A program made the position numbers and the translations under genes. Shown here piece by piece: positions 13,501 to 28,500 of a DNA stretch of 64,000 nucleotides. Within the stretch, counting starts at the first letter, position 1, and the number at the start of each line of letters is the position of its first letter. The stretch is taken from positions 746,001 through 810,000 of the forward strand of contig MU057744.1 of the NCBI GenBank assembly GCA_013265495.1, written 5' to 3'. Below the pieces are notes generated by a model, which did not search any database, was not told where the DNA came from, and saw nothing but the letters and a program-made list of their open reading frames with translations. Source of the stretch: Vicugna vicugna. Its lineage: Eukaryota.

Positions 13501-16500
13501 AGTGAAGCATCTGACATTCTTACAGCAGGTGCCTCTGCTATGTGGATTCTTCCTTGAGTCAGGAGTCAATTAACTGCCCTTCGGCAGTGGATTAAAATTG
13601 AGTAACAAACAGAATCACTTTGCTGTGCACCAGAAAATGACATTGTAAATCAACAAAACTTCAATAAAAATTTTGTTTAAAAACTTGGTAAAAAACATAA
13701 GTATCAAGTTGTTTATGTGAAAGTATTTAGAATCAAATTCCAAGTAATAAATTAAGTGCAATGAAGACATGTAATCCATGCCCTTGAGTCAGAGACTGAA
13801 GTGAGACTCAAGTTACAACGTTCCAATGTCCCAGGCTCCGTTTTCTCATCTATAAAGACAAGAATGAACCTCCCACCCATTAGGTCGGCTGCTATCAAAA
13901 CACAAAACAAGCGCTGGCAAGGATGTGGAGGAGCTGCAGCCCTTGTGCACTGGTGGTGGGAACATAAAATGCTGCAGCTGCTGTGCAAAACAGTTCCTCA
14001 AAAAAAAAAAAAATCAAACACAGACTTGTGTGATCCAGCAATCCCACTTCTGGGCATATCCCAAAAGAGTTGAAAGTGGAGTCTCAAACCGATATTCATA
14101 CCCCCACGTTCATAGCAGCATTATTCACAACAGTGAAAGAACTGAAGCACCCCCAGTGTCCACTGATAAATGAATGGATTACAAAATGTCACACGTGTAC
14201 ACCATGGAATATTCCTCAAATATTAAAGCCTTAAAAACGAAGGAAATCCTGATACATGCTACAACATGGGTGAACCTTGGGGACATTATGCTAAGGGAAA
14301 GAAGCCGTCACAAAAGGACAGATGCTGCATGATTCCATCTATATGAGGTCTCTCGTGTCATCAAGTTCATAGGAAGTAGAACGGTGGTTGCCAGGCGCTG
14401 AGGGCATGGGACGGCGTTATTTAATGGGAACCAAATTTCACTTCTGCAGATGAAAAAGGGTTCTGAAGATGGGTGGCGGTGATGGTCGCACAACGATGTG
14501 AATGTATTTAATGTTGCCAAACTGTACCCGTAAAAATGGTGAGAGTGATCAATTTTATATTGTGTGTACATTAAATTACAATTAAATTATTTATTTGTAA
14601 ATACATATCAAATAATTTTTAAAAGACAGAAACGAAAGAATCTATCTCATTAGGGTTGTTGGATTAAATGAGATGGTGTCTGGGAAGCACTGAACACAAA
14701 CAACGCCTGGGGATTTTACAGTCAAGAGTTTTTCACTCATTGTGTTTCTCACTCATCGTGGACTTTCTCTTCTCTTTAAACCTTTGCATTCTCAAGGTGG
14801 AGTGGAGTGTGGCCTTATAAATTCTACTCTGCTGCCTAGAGTCCGGGCATTTGACAATCTGCAGGAAGAGGCAGTGTCCCTAACATCACGGGGGGAACAG
14901 CAAGTGTGGGGCTGAAACAACTCCGGCGTGGTGAACCTGTCAGTGCTTAACTCGCCCGTGGTTCCTCGCCTCACCCAGCTCTCTGGTTTCCCGAATCTGT
15001 CCCCGAACCACCCCCACCCCCAAATCGGAATTGACGGCTGTACCGTAGCAGATGCGTCCGTCTCCCCGGAAGCCAATGGAACACTCGCAGGTGAACTGTG
15101 TCCCGGGGCCGGGGCGACAGGCTGCGTTGGTGTCACACCCGTGTGTGCCGATGTAGCAAGGATTCTGAAGGGCATCAGGGGAGCCATCTGTGAAGCAGAG
15201 ACATCGAAGCCGAATGAGTACTCAGCAACTGACCGGTCTCCCCCTCCCACAGAAAGTAGGGCAGGACTGATGACCAGGAGCGCAGCAGAGGGTCCTGGAA
15301 TGGGAAACCTGCCGACTCCTGCGTCACCCGGGGCAGGATCAGCAAAATTCAGACTCATGCCTGTGTTTGTAAGTAAAGTTTTATTGGAAAGCAGCCACAC
15401 CCACTCACATGCACACAGTCTATGGCTACGTTTGTGCTGCCGTCACAGAAGTGAGCTCCCGTGGCAGAGACTGTGTGGCTGGCCACGTCTGAAAATACTT
15501 ACTATCTGGCTTTTTAAGAAAAAAATACGCCCATCCCTGATGCCTGGAGCTACAGCTGTCAAGGGAGGGGTAGGGACACCTGCCCCCACTTCTGCTTTCG
15601 GGAGCTACGGACAAATCTGATCAGCTGGAGAAGTGACCTGGGCAGAGGGAGAACCAAAAAGAACTGAGAGAGAAAGACCTTAATGCCCACGCCCAAATAC
15701 ACAGAACAGGGGGCTTAAAGATGCGGACAGTGTGGAATCTGACTCCGAGATGTCCCACGAGGTCCCCAGTGCCAGCTCCTTCCATGCAGCCCCCAGACCA
15801 GACCTCAGCTCCCGCAATGTGCCATCCCCAGCAGAGAGCTTGCTGTAGGCTCCGAACCTGAGTTTTACCAGATTTTATTGGGGTTTCCCAGGCCCTGAGC
15901 ACACATTTCTCTCACAGTTAGTGTCCGTGTTTTAAATGCCCGGCCACAGGCAGCTGCAGCCCTTGAATGGGCTGCTCTGCAAGGTAAGCCAACAGGTTAG
16001 CATTCTCCTCAACCCCAGAGAGGGCAGTGAAGGTGCCTTAGGTTAGCAGATCAGAGATGGGTAGGTAAGAATCGCAGATGACGAGACATTTAGCAAGATG
16101 GGAGCTATTTTAGTACAGTTTTCCTCTTCTTACTGAGAGTTAGAGACGAGAAACAACATGTCACAAAGCACAGAGAGAGACGTGCGGCAGGCTCAGGACT
16201 CCCCGCCCAGCGGCCGTCTCTCACCCCGCACAGGACCGATGGAGTTGCTCAGAGCGTAGCGCAGGATCTGCTCCTCCTGGTTGTACAGGACGAACACGCT
16301 GTCCACCGAGAGCTGCTGGGTGCTGGGCAGGGCCGGCCGGGAGTCGTCATGGACGCACTCCTGGAAGGTGATGGTCTGGCGCCACTGGTAGGTGTGGACG
16401 TGCGAAGGGGCGGCGCCGTCCCGCTCGGGCTCCGTCACCGTGTACTCCCGGGTGGAGGAGGAGGTGATCACTGGGAGCGGGAGGGGAGGAGGGAGACGAG

Positions 16501-19500
16501 GCGGGGAGACAAAGGAGAGGTCCTGAGGATGCAGAAGTCTTCCTCACAGGCTTTAAAACCACCAGCAGTCCTCTCTGCCCATAACGCTAGCAGATGAGAG
16601 TTTGGGCGGAACAGGATAAATAAGACCGTTTATCTCAGTTTGGGGGTCATCCTGTTACCCAGAGTTCCCATGCTACCGTGGGAGCCATTTACTGCTTTTT
16701 GTCATCAAGTGCTTCTCTGGAAGTGTCTAAGTCACGCAGAACCAACCCAGAGATTCAGACCTGGTGGGAAGAGCACAGGATTGGAGGGAGACACACCTGA
16801 ACTCACACCTCGCACCTTCACTCACGAGTGTGTGATCACAGGCCAGTTACTAACTTCTTCGCCCTGCTTCTTTTACAACAGGGGAGGGGTGTGAGGATGA
16901 GATCATGTGTGTAAAAGTTCTGGGCTCCATATAACCTTACTGAGACAAACTACCCTTTATAAAGCCCCCACCACGTGACTAGCAGAGAGCTAACTGCTTT
17001 AGCTGGGTTCTCTCACTTCGGATTCAGTAAACGGTGGCTGCGACAAAGACCCTAGATCAAGCGGTTCTCTGAGATACAGAAAATGAGACGTTAATGGGTC
17101 TCTATAAATTACTAAGGAGTTGGAGCAAGTCTCAATAGAGAAGCGAAGCAGTCTTCCCCATTCAGAAGACAGCCCGCTTTTCACCCATTCAGTGAAAATC
17201 TCAACTTCCTATTCAAAGGAAAAAAAATCTATATGTCAGAGTGCTCTGTTGTAGTTGGCGATAAAAGCCAGAGGAGAAATGAAAGACTAGCGTCAGCTGC
17301 CTCCGCCCCGCTCTCCCGTGCGGGGCGGCCACAAGCGCCCTCTGGGTGCAGCCCGGCTGCAGACCACGGCCCTGCGCTCACCCCACCTCCTCCGCAGCCA
17401 CCTCCTCCCCTAGGAGAGCCGAGCAAGCCCAGAGGCACGGCAGCTGGGGCGACCTTCCTGGATGGAGATTTAATATGAGCCTCTCAAGAGTTTCTAGTGT
17501 TTGACTCAACATTTCTATTTCTAGGAACTTGGTCAGGAAAGAATCAGCAATTTGGTTAAGATTTATGATGAAGATGATCATTTCATCTCCTTTTGAGAAG
17601 GAAAAAATTGGAAATAACCTAAGGTTTAGACAAAAGAGTGGTTTAAATTAATAGCCATGCAAGAGAATCATATGGACTCATTACAAAATGTTTCCAAAGC
17701 CTATTTAACTATAAAGTATTAATGCTTTGACGCTAACTGGAAAAGCAAAGATGTGATAATGTGGTATGACTGCAATTTTATTTAAATAAAAACTATATAC
17801 CTGACTGCAGAGTATACAGCAGTACTGAATCAATGTTAAATTTCCTGATTTTAATGACTGTGCTGGGGCCACGTAAGACAATGTTCTTGTTCTTAGGAAA
17901 AACACATGAAATATCTAGGGGATGAAGGATCATGGTGCCTACAACTTACTCTCAAAAAAAAATATGCAAGGAAAAGACTGAAAGGAAATACATTTAATTC
18001 AACAATAATTGTGTCCTGGTTTTATTTCTGTAAGTTATGCTTATTTTTGTCTGTACTAAGTCCTCTCCAATGAGTGTGCTCAATGCCTACAATCAGAGAA
18101 AGGTGATGGTAATGCCCCTGGCACTTCCCTCTCCAAAGGCCAGAAGACTGCGGAGCACGTGCACCCAGGGGAGGGAGCGCGTGCACGGCGCTGGCCGTGA
18201 ACAGGGGTGCAGTGGCGGGGCTGGGCTCACCCTGGCGGGAGTAGTGGTACAGCTCCGTGTAGGGCTCGATGTGCACCGAGGAGCCAAAGGGGATCAGCGG
18301 CACACGGCCCTCCAGCTCCGTGTCGATGGTCAGGTGTCCGTGCTCATCAATGCCGCTGAACTGCTGCTTAATGACCAGCTTGTCCGGGTGCCCCACAAAG
18401 GTCACCTCGGCCAGGCGGGTGAACTCGCCCCCTGGAAAGCAAGGTCAGTCTGTCACTTTGCCATCAAAGAAGCTTCCCTCACGCCCACCCTTAGCGCCCA
18501 ATGGGGCAGGCTCGCACCCCCTTTGCAGATGCTTTAGTTTGGTTGGTAGAATTAGGGCTGGTGATGCCAAGGACAGAGCTGGGACACCCACAAGGCTCAA
18601 CTGAGTCATACACAGAAAACAGAAGCTGCTTCTCAGCCACAGGCTAGCATCTGAGACGGGCTGGGAAAAGCAAAGGATGGGGGATTGACCCCTCAACTGT
18701 GGTAGGTACTGGTTGGGGGAACTTGAACAAGTTACACTGAGCCTCCATTTCCTGCTGATGAAAAAGGGATACAATCTATCTAGTGAAATTGGATGAGCTG
18801 AAGTATGTTAAAAAGTGGGGGCCGGCACTATTCACAACAGCCAAGACATGGAAGCAACCTAAGTGTTCATCAAGAGATGACTGGATAAAGATATGGTATG
18901 TATATACAATGGAATACTACTCAGCCATAAAAAAGAATAAAGTAATGCCATTTGCAGCAACAAGGATGGACCTAAAGGTTATGGTACTAAGTAAAGTAAA
19001 TCAGACAGAGAAAGAAAAATACCATATGATATCACTTATATGTGGAATCTAAAAAAAAATACAATTCTTTTTTTTTGTTTTTTTGGGGGGCAGATAATTA
19101 GATTTATTTATTTAACAGAGGGACTGAGGATTGAATCAGGACCTTGTGCATGTTAGGCATGTACTCTTACCACTGAGCTATGAGCTATACCCTCTCCCCC
19201 TAAAAAAAATGGTACAAATGAGCTTATTTACAAAACAGAAAGAGACATAGAAAACAAATTTATGGTTACCAGTGGGGAAAGGGGATAGGGAGGGGTAAAT
19301 TAGGAGTTTGGGATGAGCAGATACAAACTACTGTACACAAAATAGACAAACAACAAGGTCCTGCTGTACAGCACAGGGAACTATATTCAGTACCTTGTAA
19401 TAGCCTATAATGAAAAAGAATATGAAAATGAATATATATACGTATAAATGAATCACCATGCTGTACAGCAGAAACTAACACACATTGTAAATCAACTACA

Positions 19501-22500
19501 CTTCAATTAAAGAAGAAGGCTTTTGTAACAGCAACGACAAAAAGTCCTCTGCTCTATGTTAAGGGCTCCAAGACATCAGCTATGCGGTGACTGTTGTTAA
19601 CAGCTAAGTCCTGGTCAGGATGGGTGAGCTCTTCAGGGCAAACCCATCACCAGGCCCAGGAACCATCGTAGGAGCGCTTACGATGGTGTTGCCTCAGGAC
19701 CTCCCCTTGGTCTGTGCAGGGCAGCAGCCCCAGACAAACAGGAAAAATGCTCCCTCTCTACCAGCTTCCTCCCTTTTCCACGTTTGCAGACCCCTCCGAT
19801 AGCAGGGCTGGCTGGCCTTGAGCTAAGAATGGTCTTTACATTTTAAAGTTTTTTTTTTAAGTCAGAAGAATACTATTTCATGATATGCAAAAAGCATATG
19901 AAATGTACATTTCAGGGCCCATGAATGATTTCATTGGCATGCAGCCATGCTCATTCACTTGCGTATTATCTGCGGTTGCTTTTGCTCTACAATGACAGAG
20001 TTGAAGAGATGCAAGCAAGAGACACCGAACAGCCTAACATACTTAGGCAAAGCTTGAAATATTTACTGTCTGGCCCTCTGCAGGAAAAGCCTGACAGCGC
20101 CTGCTCAGAGCCCCCAAGTCCCAGGCAGATGTCCAGCTGAGGACACAGGTCCTGAAGCAACTGAGAAGAACCACTGCAGTCACAGAGATGTGCTGTGGTA
20201 GGGAATTTGTCAAGGCTCCCTCAGCCTCCCTGAAGTTGATGCAAGTTACAAGTTTCAAAGTACCATAAATTTAAATCAACCCACGTACAAAGCAACACTA
20301 ATACATGAAAAGCTGTGCAGCTAAGGTCTGCCTGAAGACTGAACTTCCCCTGAAGCCCCAAGGAAACTCAGGTTTCTTAAGACTCATGAGGGTTATGTGT
20401 ATCAGGCTGAATTTACCAGCTCTAAATGACAGGTTCCCTTTTCCAAGCAGATACGGAGGACATGTCAAATATCCATCTCAGGTTGTTTTGGAACTGGAGG
20501 CAGGCTGGATAAACAGAGTGAGCCCCACCCACACTCTGGGTTGTAAAGATACAGGAGACAACAGCACTTGCTGTGCCGGAGACTTCTGACTCTCCACCAC
20601 CAAATCACTCCCTGGTCAAAGCGCAGTTCTAGACAGCCTTCGTGTATATTCATGGGGAACTTCTTGATATGTTTACCCCACCCCTTATCTCCAGAGCCAC
20701 AAAATGCGTATCAGTAAGTGGTCTGCAGACACAGAGCTCCCTTCCCACTCACCCAGCCACCCCGCCCAGCCCCACTCTGTGGCCCAGTCATTTCCAGGTC
20801 CGACGTCAGTCACCTGTGATGCTGAACCCATTCTTGAATCCACCTTGCTCCACTGCGAACATCCATCCAATGATGCCTCCAATGGGGGCCAGAGGAAGCA
20901 GAGAGTACCCGACGGTCTCGGGAATGGTGCTGATGGCCGTGTAGGAGCGCCCGTGGTTCATCACCACGTAGGAGTGGAGGTCGGTGTTGTCAAAGACAAT
21001 GGGAACCGGGCTGCTCCCCACAAAGACCTTCCCTTTCACCTTGCCGTTAACTCGCTGTGGGGAACCTGAGTAAGAGACACAGAACGAAGTCAGCCCTTCA
21101 AAACAGGATCGTATGTCTGGAAGCATCTGTGCCACACAGCGCTGGGGTAAAGGGCTTGGGGACAAGGGAATGCAGCTCTACTCCCCAAGAAGGCAATTCC
21201 AGTCAGCGCGTCTGTGAGCCTCAGAAATTCCAGCATCGTGCCCCCCTCCCACACTGAGTGATAACATGTGGTCAGAGAGAAAGCAGGAGCCACTGTGTGG
21301 TGGAGGAACTTCAGAGGCAAATAAGACAATCTTAGGAGAAGGAAAGCGTCACAGGGGATCTCGGATGAGGTGACATGTAACTGATCACTGTGAGAGTATT
21401 AGTCCTTTCACTAGGACAGCAGGGCTACACGGGATGGGACGTTTATTAACTGAGCATCTCTGGCTCAGTGTTGTCCTACTACCTAGGGTTAGGGCGGCCA
21501 GTCTGAGTCCTGGAGATTCATTCAGCCCCAGCCAGATAGACGTGGCCATACTGCAAGCCACGCAAATAACGCCCTCTGATGCAGCACCGGCTTGTGGACC
21601 GGGGCGTTTGTGGGTCACTGTTCCATCTGGACGACTGGGAAAGATGTGCCACTCACTACGGCATGTTTAAAAGCTGTCTTCATAACTGCCAAAGAGTATA
21701 CGTAGGACACCATTTTTGAAAGTTAGATTAATGATAAATGTTAGCATACACTTCAGGGAGACTATCTGCAGAGATGTGCACAAAACTGCTAGCAGTGGTC
21801 AGCTCGGGGTGACATGGCGAACTTTCATCTTCTATACTGTGTATCTCCATCCTGTTCAAATATTTATAACTTGCATGTATGTATTATTGTTTAATCGGGA
21901 AATGATGAGATCTCAAGAAATGAAGCTGTTCTTGTATTCGAATAAGAAAACTGAAGGTTACTATAGGACTCAGCAATCCTAACTCCTAGGTGTTTACCCA
22001 AGAGAACAGAAAACATATGTCCACACAAAAACTTGTACACAAATGTTCTTAGGAGCATTATTCATATGAGCCAAAATGGGAAGCCACCTAAATGTACGGC
22101 AATTGATGAATGGATAAACAAGATGTGGTATATCCATGCAACGGAGTATTATTCAGCTAGAAAAAAGGAATGAGGTACTGATACATGTTAAAATATGATG
22201 GACCTTGAAAACATGGGTGCTGAGTGAAAGAAGCCAAACACAAAAGTCACATATTGTATGATTCTATGTATATAAAATTTCAAGAACAGAAAAAAAATTT
22301 GACAGAAAATACATTAGTTGTTGACAGAGGCTGGGGGATGAGGATGAATTGAGGGTAACTACTAACGGACCCAGAGTTTCTTTCGGGAGTGATGCAAACG
22401 CTCTAAAATGAAAGGTGACAGCTGCACAACTTAGTGAATATACTGAGAAGCACTGAATGGTGTACTTTAAATGAGTGTGCTACATCTTTTTTTCTTTCTT

Positions 22501-25500
22501 TGGAGGGAGGAGATATTTAGGTGATTTATTTAATGGCAATCCTAGGGATTGAACCCAGGACCTCATGCGTGCTAAGCACATACTCTACCACTGAGCTGTA
22601 CCCTCTCCTCCTTGTTCTTACATCTTTTGGGGAAAAAAACCCACCTTGGACTGTTTCGGTTTGATACAGAATTAAATTCTGCCAGTTACTGACTGTACTT
22701 ATCAGGTTTCTCTTCCCAGATTGTAAATGACTAGAGACAGGACTTCCACCCCAGACTCCCTGGCTCCATCTCAGCAGAGCTTTCCGTCCACAGCAAGTCC
22801 TCGGGACGGTGTGTGGAGTAACCGGAGACCGAACGCGCTCCCACCTGGGCGCCATCACCCGCGTTCTGAAGACCCTCTGCCAGGCGCTACACGGGGTCAC
22901 TGACACGGCAAGGCACTCGGCCCGCAGCGTGCTTCTGCACAGAAACGGTCTCATCACGCTGGGGAACGCTGTCCATTAGAAGACCAATACTGAAAAAACG
23001 CCTCCCCCAAACTACAACAGAAACGAGCAGGAGAGCCAAGCGAAGGAAACCAAACAAATTTTTCTCCACCAGACTCTGAGCTCAAAACATGTTTCAGAAG
23101 TAGCAAGAATCCAACAAATATTTAAACCACAGAACTATTTCGGGGCGGGTATGTAATGTCAAAACATGTAGCCAAGGAATCCGTCCTATCTACGCTTGCT
23201 GCCAAACGCAGTGGGTCAGCATTCCCAGCTCTGACACTTGGCACGGAGAGAGCTAACGAGATTGCTCTTTGAGCAACGGTTCACTGCAGATTTTGGAGGA
23301 TTCCCCCAGGGTGAAGGAGTTACAACAGCCAAGCCCAAACGAAGCAGCCAAGGCACACCATCCCCGGGGCGGTGGGCTTTGGAAGAAAACAGAAAACACA
23401 TTTTATAGACAATAAAAAACCACGCCCCCTAATTAACGCGCGAAGTGTACTACGTTTTCTTTCGTTGCTGAGGATAGCAGTTAATGAAACTCCCTAATTG
23501 TGACCCAGAAGGAAACTTTTTTTGGTGGCAAATCAAGATAACTGACGTAAGAACAGCTATGAGCAGGGGATCTGAGAACCAGAAAAATATTCCCCAACCG
23601 AGTGTTACACAGTCAAGTTTCACAAAGCAATCGAGGCTCCTCACTGAACACACCGGGAAAGTGACGGGTGACAAGTGCGGTGACGTGGCATCTGAGGGAC
23701 AGATGTTCAGTGTGGCTGGGCTGTGGTTTTGTTTGAATTCTACTTCCTGGCTTCAGACCCCACTAGGTCTCCCTCTCTGAGCGACCTGTTATCTGGGCAC
23801 CTAGATCTCTGCAGAGAAGCCTCTTCTGACCACCTGAGAGCGTCAAGAATGGGGCCCTTTTGCAGGCAGAGCTCGGAACTGACGTTGGCCCACAGCTGGA
23901 TCCATTTTGGAGTTGGCCCCACAGTGGGCTTGGGGTCCCGAATTAGCTGGCGTGCGCCCCTGACGCCCCGCCGTCACCATGCTGTGACTTCAGGGGCACA
24001 AGTACGGGAAAACTGAGGGGGCGGGGGGCTGAAATAGACCTGACCCGATATTACTTTGGTCGACGCCAGCCCACTGTGGACCTGCTGGAGTTGAGCGACC
24101 GTTAGGAGGGCCCGGTCTGTGCACAACGCCAAAACAGGAGGTTTGACAGAAATGGAGAGAAATGAGGGCATTGATAATTCGTGGTCCAGGCTGCACGATT
24201 TCAACACTTCAGCCTTTGTTCCGCGCTAGGGGCAGCTGTGAAGATGGGCTCCCAGCGGCAGTCATCTCCGAGATGGGGAAATAGCCCAGGAAAGAAAGAG
24301 ACCTCATCTGGTTGGGAGAAACAGGCACTCCCCAAGGAACACTCATCAGAGACGGACAGGCAAGAGTGGGCAGTGAGAGATGAAACACTGTGCGGACTAC
24401 AATCACCACCCACCCTTAGAGATCTGGGTAAAGGCAAGATGTCAGAACAAGCGCCAAAACAGAAACTCCACCCCCCCCGTCTCCCCCCGCCCCCCACAGA
24501 ACACAGCAAAACAAAGTACCCTCAAAAAAAGATGTCAGAAGCCAAAACAGAAACTCCACCCCCCCCGCCACCCCCCGCCGCCCACGGAACACACAAAAGC
24601 AAAGTACCTTCTGCAACACACTGCCGGCCGTTCCCCGTGTAGCCGGCCACGCAGCTGCAGCAGAAGCCGGTGGCGAAGTCCCTGCACTCGGCGTGCACCG
24701 AGCACTGGTGTCTGTTGTTGGCGCACGTCTGGCGGGAATCCGTGTTGTAGCTGAAAACTGCTCAGAGAGAACACAGCACACCCGTCAGCGCCTCCCAGGG
24801 CCCTGGACCACGAGGCTGCACGACACTGCGCACGCACCCTCAGCCCTGCAGGGCTCGACCTCTGCTCCGGCAACTCCAGCACAGGACTGTCTGCCTGTAA
24901 CCCCCGACACAGTGTGGTGGCTCCATCACTCAAACCACCAAGGCAGGTGGGTCTAAACGGAGTTTGCAAAATCGCAGGGGCAAATTATCAAAAGCTGCCA
25001 TCATCCAAAGTGCTCAGTATCACTGAATCACTATGGGGTTCCTGCCATCCAATATCAATCATTTTGTTTGTTTGTTTAAAATGTTTTTAATTTTTATTTA
25101 TTTCTTAATTTTTTTAATGGAGGGACTGAGGATCGAACCCAGGACCAACTGCATGCTAAGCACGCGCTCCACCACTGAGCTGTCCCCTCCCCCTGCCATT
25201 ATCACTCGTAATACGACATCCATCCAATGCAGTGGGGAAGGTCGGCTTCATATTTTGGAGGGGATCCTTAAAATATTTTTAAACTGATTTTTTATTATGG
25301 TTAACTATATATAACATACAATATGCCATTTTAACAAGTTTCAAGTATTTTAGAACCTTTTTTGCCCCCTTCTTCCCAGCAGGGGGTACATCAGAGGCTC
25401 TTAGACTCCGAAGCGGATGAGGCGTAATTCCTCAGTCATACCCAGTTTGAAAGCCTTTGACTCAAGACTCAAAAAGAACTTCTCCCTATTTCAAATTTCT

Positions 25501-28500
25501 CCCTCCCGGGTTCATTTGATTGGAATTATGAACTTGCTCATTAAACTTAAAATCCAAGAGCAAATTAGCCGGGAATGAAGTTCAAACGCACAAGAGGGGG
25601 TGGACTTTTAGAGGGGCTAGCGACCCAGCGTACAACTGGCTGCTATGAGTGAAGATAAAAGTATTGTTTAACCCCAGGTAGACTCCATGTGTCCTCCATC
25701 CCCAGGAGGGAACTTCCTGTGTGTATGAAGGTGGCGTTTGGAGCTGAGAACCCTCGGGCCCTAAGCTGAACGCACGTGACGCTAGTGGTTGCTTAAGTCC
25801 AGCTCCCGGGGGGTCTGTGATGGCCTACGTATCCGTGTGTGACCATTCAGACGGCACCAGGAGTGCACTGCTGGCTACAGGTGATGGACCTTTCTAAGAA
25901 AAACAGTGAAATAACTGGGGCAGAAGGCAGAAAAACAGCTGATTTAGACCCCTTTGGTCTAAAATCTAGGCTTTTATTCTTACTCGAACCAAGACACGAC
26001 CATAAGCTGTCAGGGATGCTTGTGATCCCTGAGTGATGGCTTCACAAATGCGAATTTCAGAGATACCTAGGTAGGGTGGGAGCAGGCTGAGACTCAAAAC
26101 TCCATCGTTTGCCAGGAAACACACCCAAGTCATGCTGGGGCGATCACTCTGAGACCCAGCTGTAAGAGAAGGGCAGCATGGACCAGGAAGTGTCAGCATC
26201 GCCCCGGGAAATCCAGGGCGCCATGCATGTGAGGGGAGCTCCAAGACACAAACCCATGTCCTCATCACGCCACTCAAGGGCAACCTCTCCACTTCTGTGC
26301 CTCTGAAGTCAGTAAACACGTGACCCGTGGCCGCCAGATCTGGTCCAGGCTTTGGGTTATTCAAGAAGAAGAAACATTTGTGACTACTGCGATGAGACAA
26401 ATCGCAGCAGGTAAGAAGAAATAAAAATGAGTCAATAATGTGGAATAGAGGTGATTTTTCTGAGGGTCTTCAGGTAACTTCACGGTAGAAGCCGTTGCAA
26501 CTCGGTAAACATCATTTAAAGGCTTGGACCATCCCATTTATAGGAATCTTAACGGATTATAGGTCAACCTCATGAGCTGAAAATAATAAACACAGTGTAG
26601 TTTGAATGTCTTTTATAAAACAAATCAAAGTCTGCCAGGGTTCAAGTGGTTTTCCCCAATGTGGCAAAAATCTGATAGAACACAGTCGACTAGAAGATAT
26701 TATACTTTAAAACCATCTTTGAACAGAGGATCTACTTATTTTGTATTTTTAAAATTTTCACAGACCAATTCTGAAACTGACAGGACCCAGGAGGAAAGAT
26801 AATCAACCATCCTCCTTCCAAAACCGAGAGGAAATACATGTCAAAGATAAACCGTGCACAGAGCCAAAGGAACTTCTAAAATGTTTTTTCAGGTGGGTGA
26901 ATATATTTCTGATCTCAGAAGCCACAAATAAGAAAAGCTGACTCTCAAAATAATTCTTGAACACTTTTCTCTTTACAACAGAACAACAGTCAAAAAAACC
27001 AAAAAAAAGAACAGGCGACTTGAAAGAGGCCACGCTCCCCAGTCTCCATGACCCCAGCCCCAATCTCAGAAGATCCCTTGGAGTCTTTGAAACCCATGCT
27101 CTGCAGCTGTGGGCCTGGCCCCTCGGGCCCCAGGCTCTCAGCCTCACAGACCGCCGTGTAACACACAGCTGACACCCTCCAGCAATGCTCCCCTTTCTGG
27201 AAACCCAAGCGTCCAAGAACGCATCAACTGCAACTTAAACGGCCTTACCAACTCCTGTTTCCTCAACTTCGTCCACGTCTATGACCTGCGGCTGCTGCTG
27301 GGGAAAGCTCTCCACCGGCAGCTGGAAAGACCTGGTCCTCTCCGTGGGGGGTCCCAGGGGTCTCTCAGTGCTCAGGCGGCGCGGGGAGAGGACGCTGGGC
27401 ACATTGTGCGTGCCAGCGTCTCCCCTTCTTGGAGCCTCAAAGGGGAAGGATGTGGTGCCCACGTCCTCCAGGCCCAGACGTGTCACCGAGTCATAATCTT
27501 CATCGTCATACTCTGCGCCGTCGTCCACTTCAAGGTTCACGTCCGAGGGCACCACGCCGCTGGCGGTGGCCGGGCTCCCAATCTCAAACACCCAGATGCC
27601 CTGCCGCCCGGAGTTGCTGCTCCTAGGAGGAAGGACAGGCTTCTTGGAAGCAGGCCAGCAACCCACAGGCAGCCCCCGCCAACCAAGCAGGAGCCCCGGG
27701 CATGTGCGTCGACCTGAACCCCATCGCCCGCTTCCGCCCACGGCCACGGCGGGCGCTGGAAGAGCAGGCGCGGTCACGTCTGGTCGTCGCGGGGCTGCCA
27801 CCTCCCAGGGCTACTCGGTGAGGCTGTATGCAGCGGTGCACAACCCTAGCAAAGGCTTATTCTTGGTGGTCATTTGAGAGGCACACGTCAGGGACATTTT
27901 CAGGCCTTAAAATACGATTTATACTAATTGCTGGTCATGAGTTTTACCACATGAGCACCCTGTTGACTGAAGACATCTGTCTTCTCCATCATTCTCTTTC
28001 CATGGCACCATGTGTGATACAATGAGAAATACGGTTCAATAAAAATATATTTTAAAAAAAGAAATATGGCTTTAGTGTTGGTCTGGTTCTGGAATGAAAT
28101 TCCTAGAATCCTTGTTGTCTCTGGAGTGATGAGAGTGTCTTTGTGTATGCTAATGGGATGGCTGGGGGCAGGGGACCCTGGACAACTTCAGGATGGGTGC
28201 TGGTCACCAGGAGGTTGGAATTTTCAGCCCCACACCCTGACTTCCAGGGAGGGCAGAGGGTTGGAGATTACATATCACCAACGGCCAAGGATTTGATCAA
28301 TCGTGCCTACATAATGAAAATTCCTGAAGCATGAGGCCGACAGAGCTTTGAGTCAGGTGAACACATGGAGGTGCCAGGAGGGTGGTGCGTCTAGAGAGGG
28401 CACGGAAGCACGTCACCTACTCTTCCTCCCAAACCCGGCCCCCTGCATGTCTTCTATTTGGCTGTTCCTGAGTTGTGTCCTTTTTAATAAACTGGCCATA

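Noticed and set aside
14928..15620. 230-aa plus-strand ORF and 202-aa minus-strand ORF
   Set aside because: Antisense or off-frame shadows of exon 9 that run through a MER58 relic; no recognisable protein.
18783..19052. ORFs resembling L1 ORF2 C-terminus (also 45952-46176)
   Set aside because: Short, 5'-truncated L1 fragments that cannot encode a functional protein.
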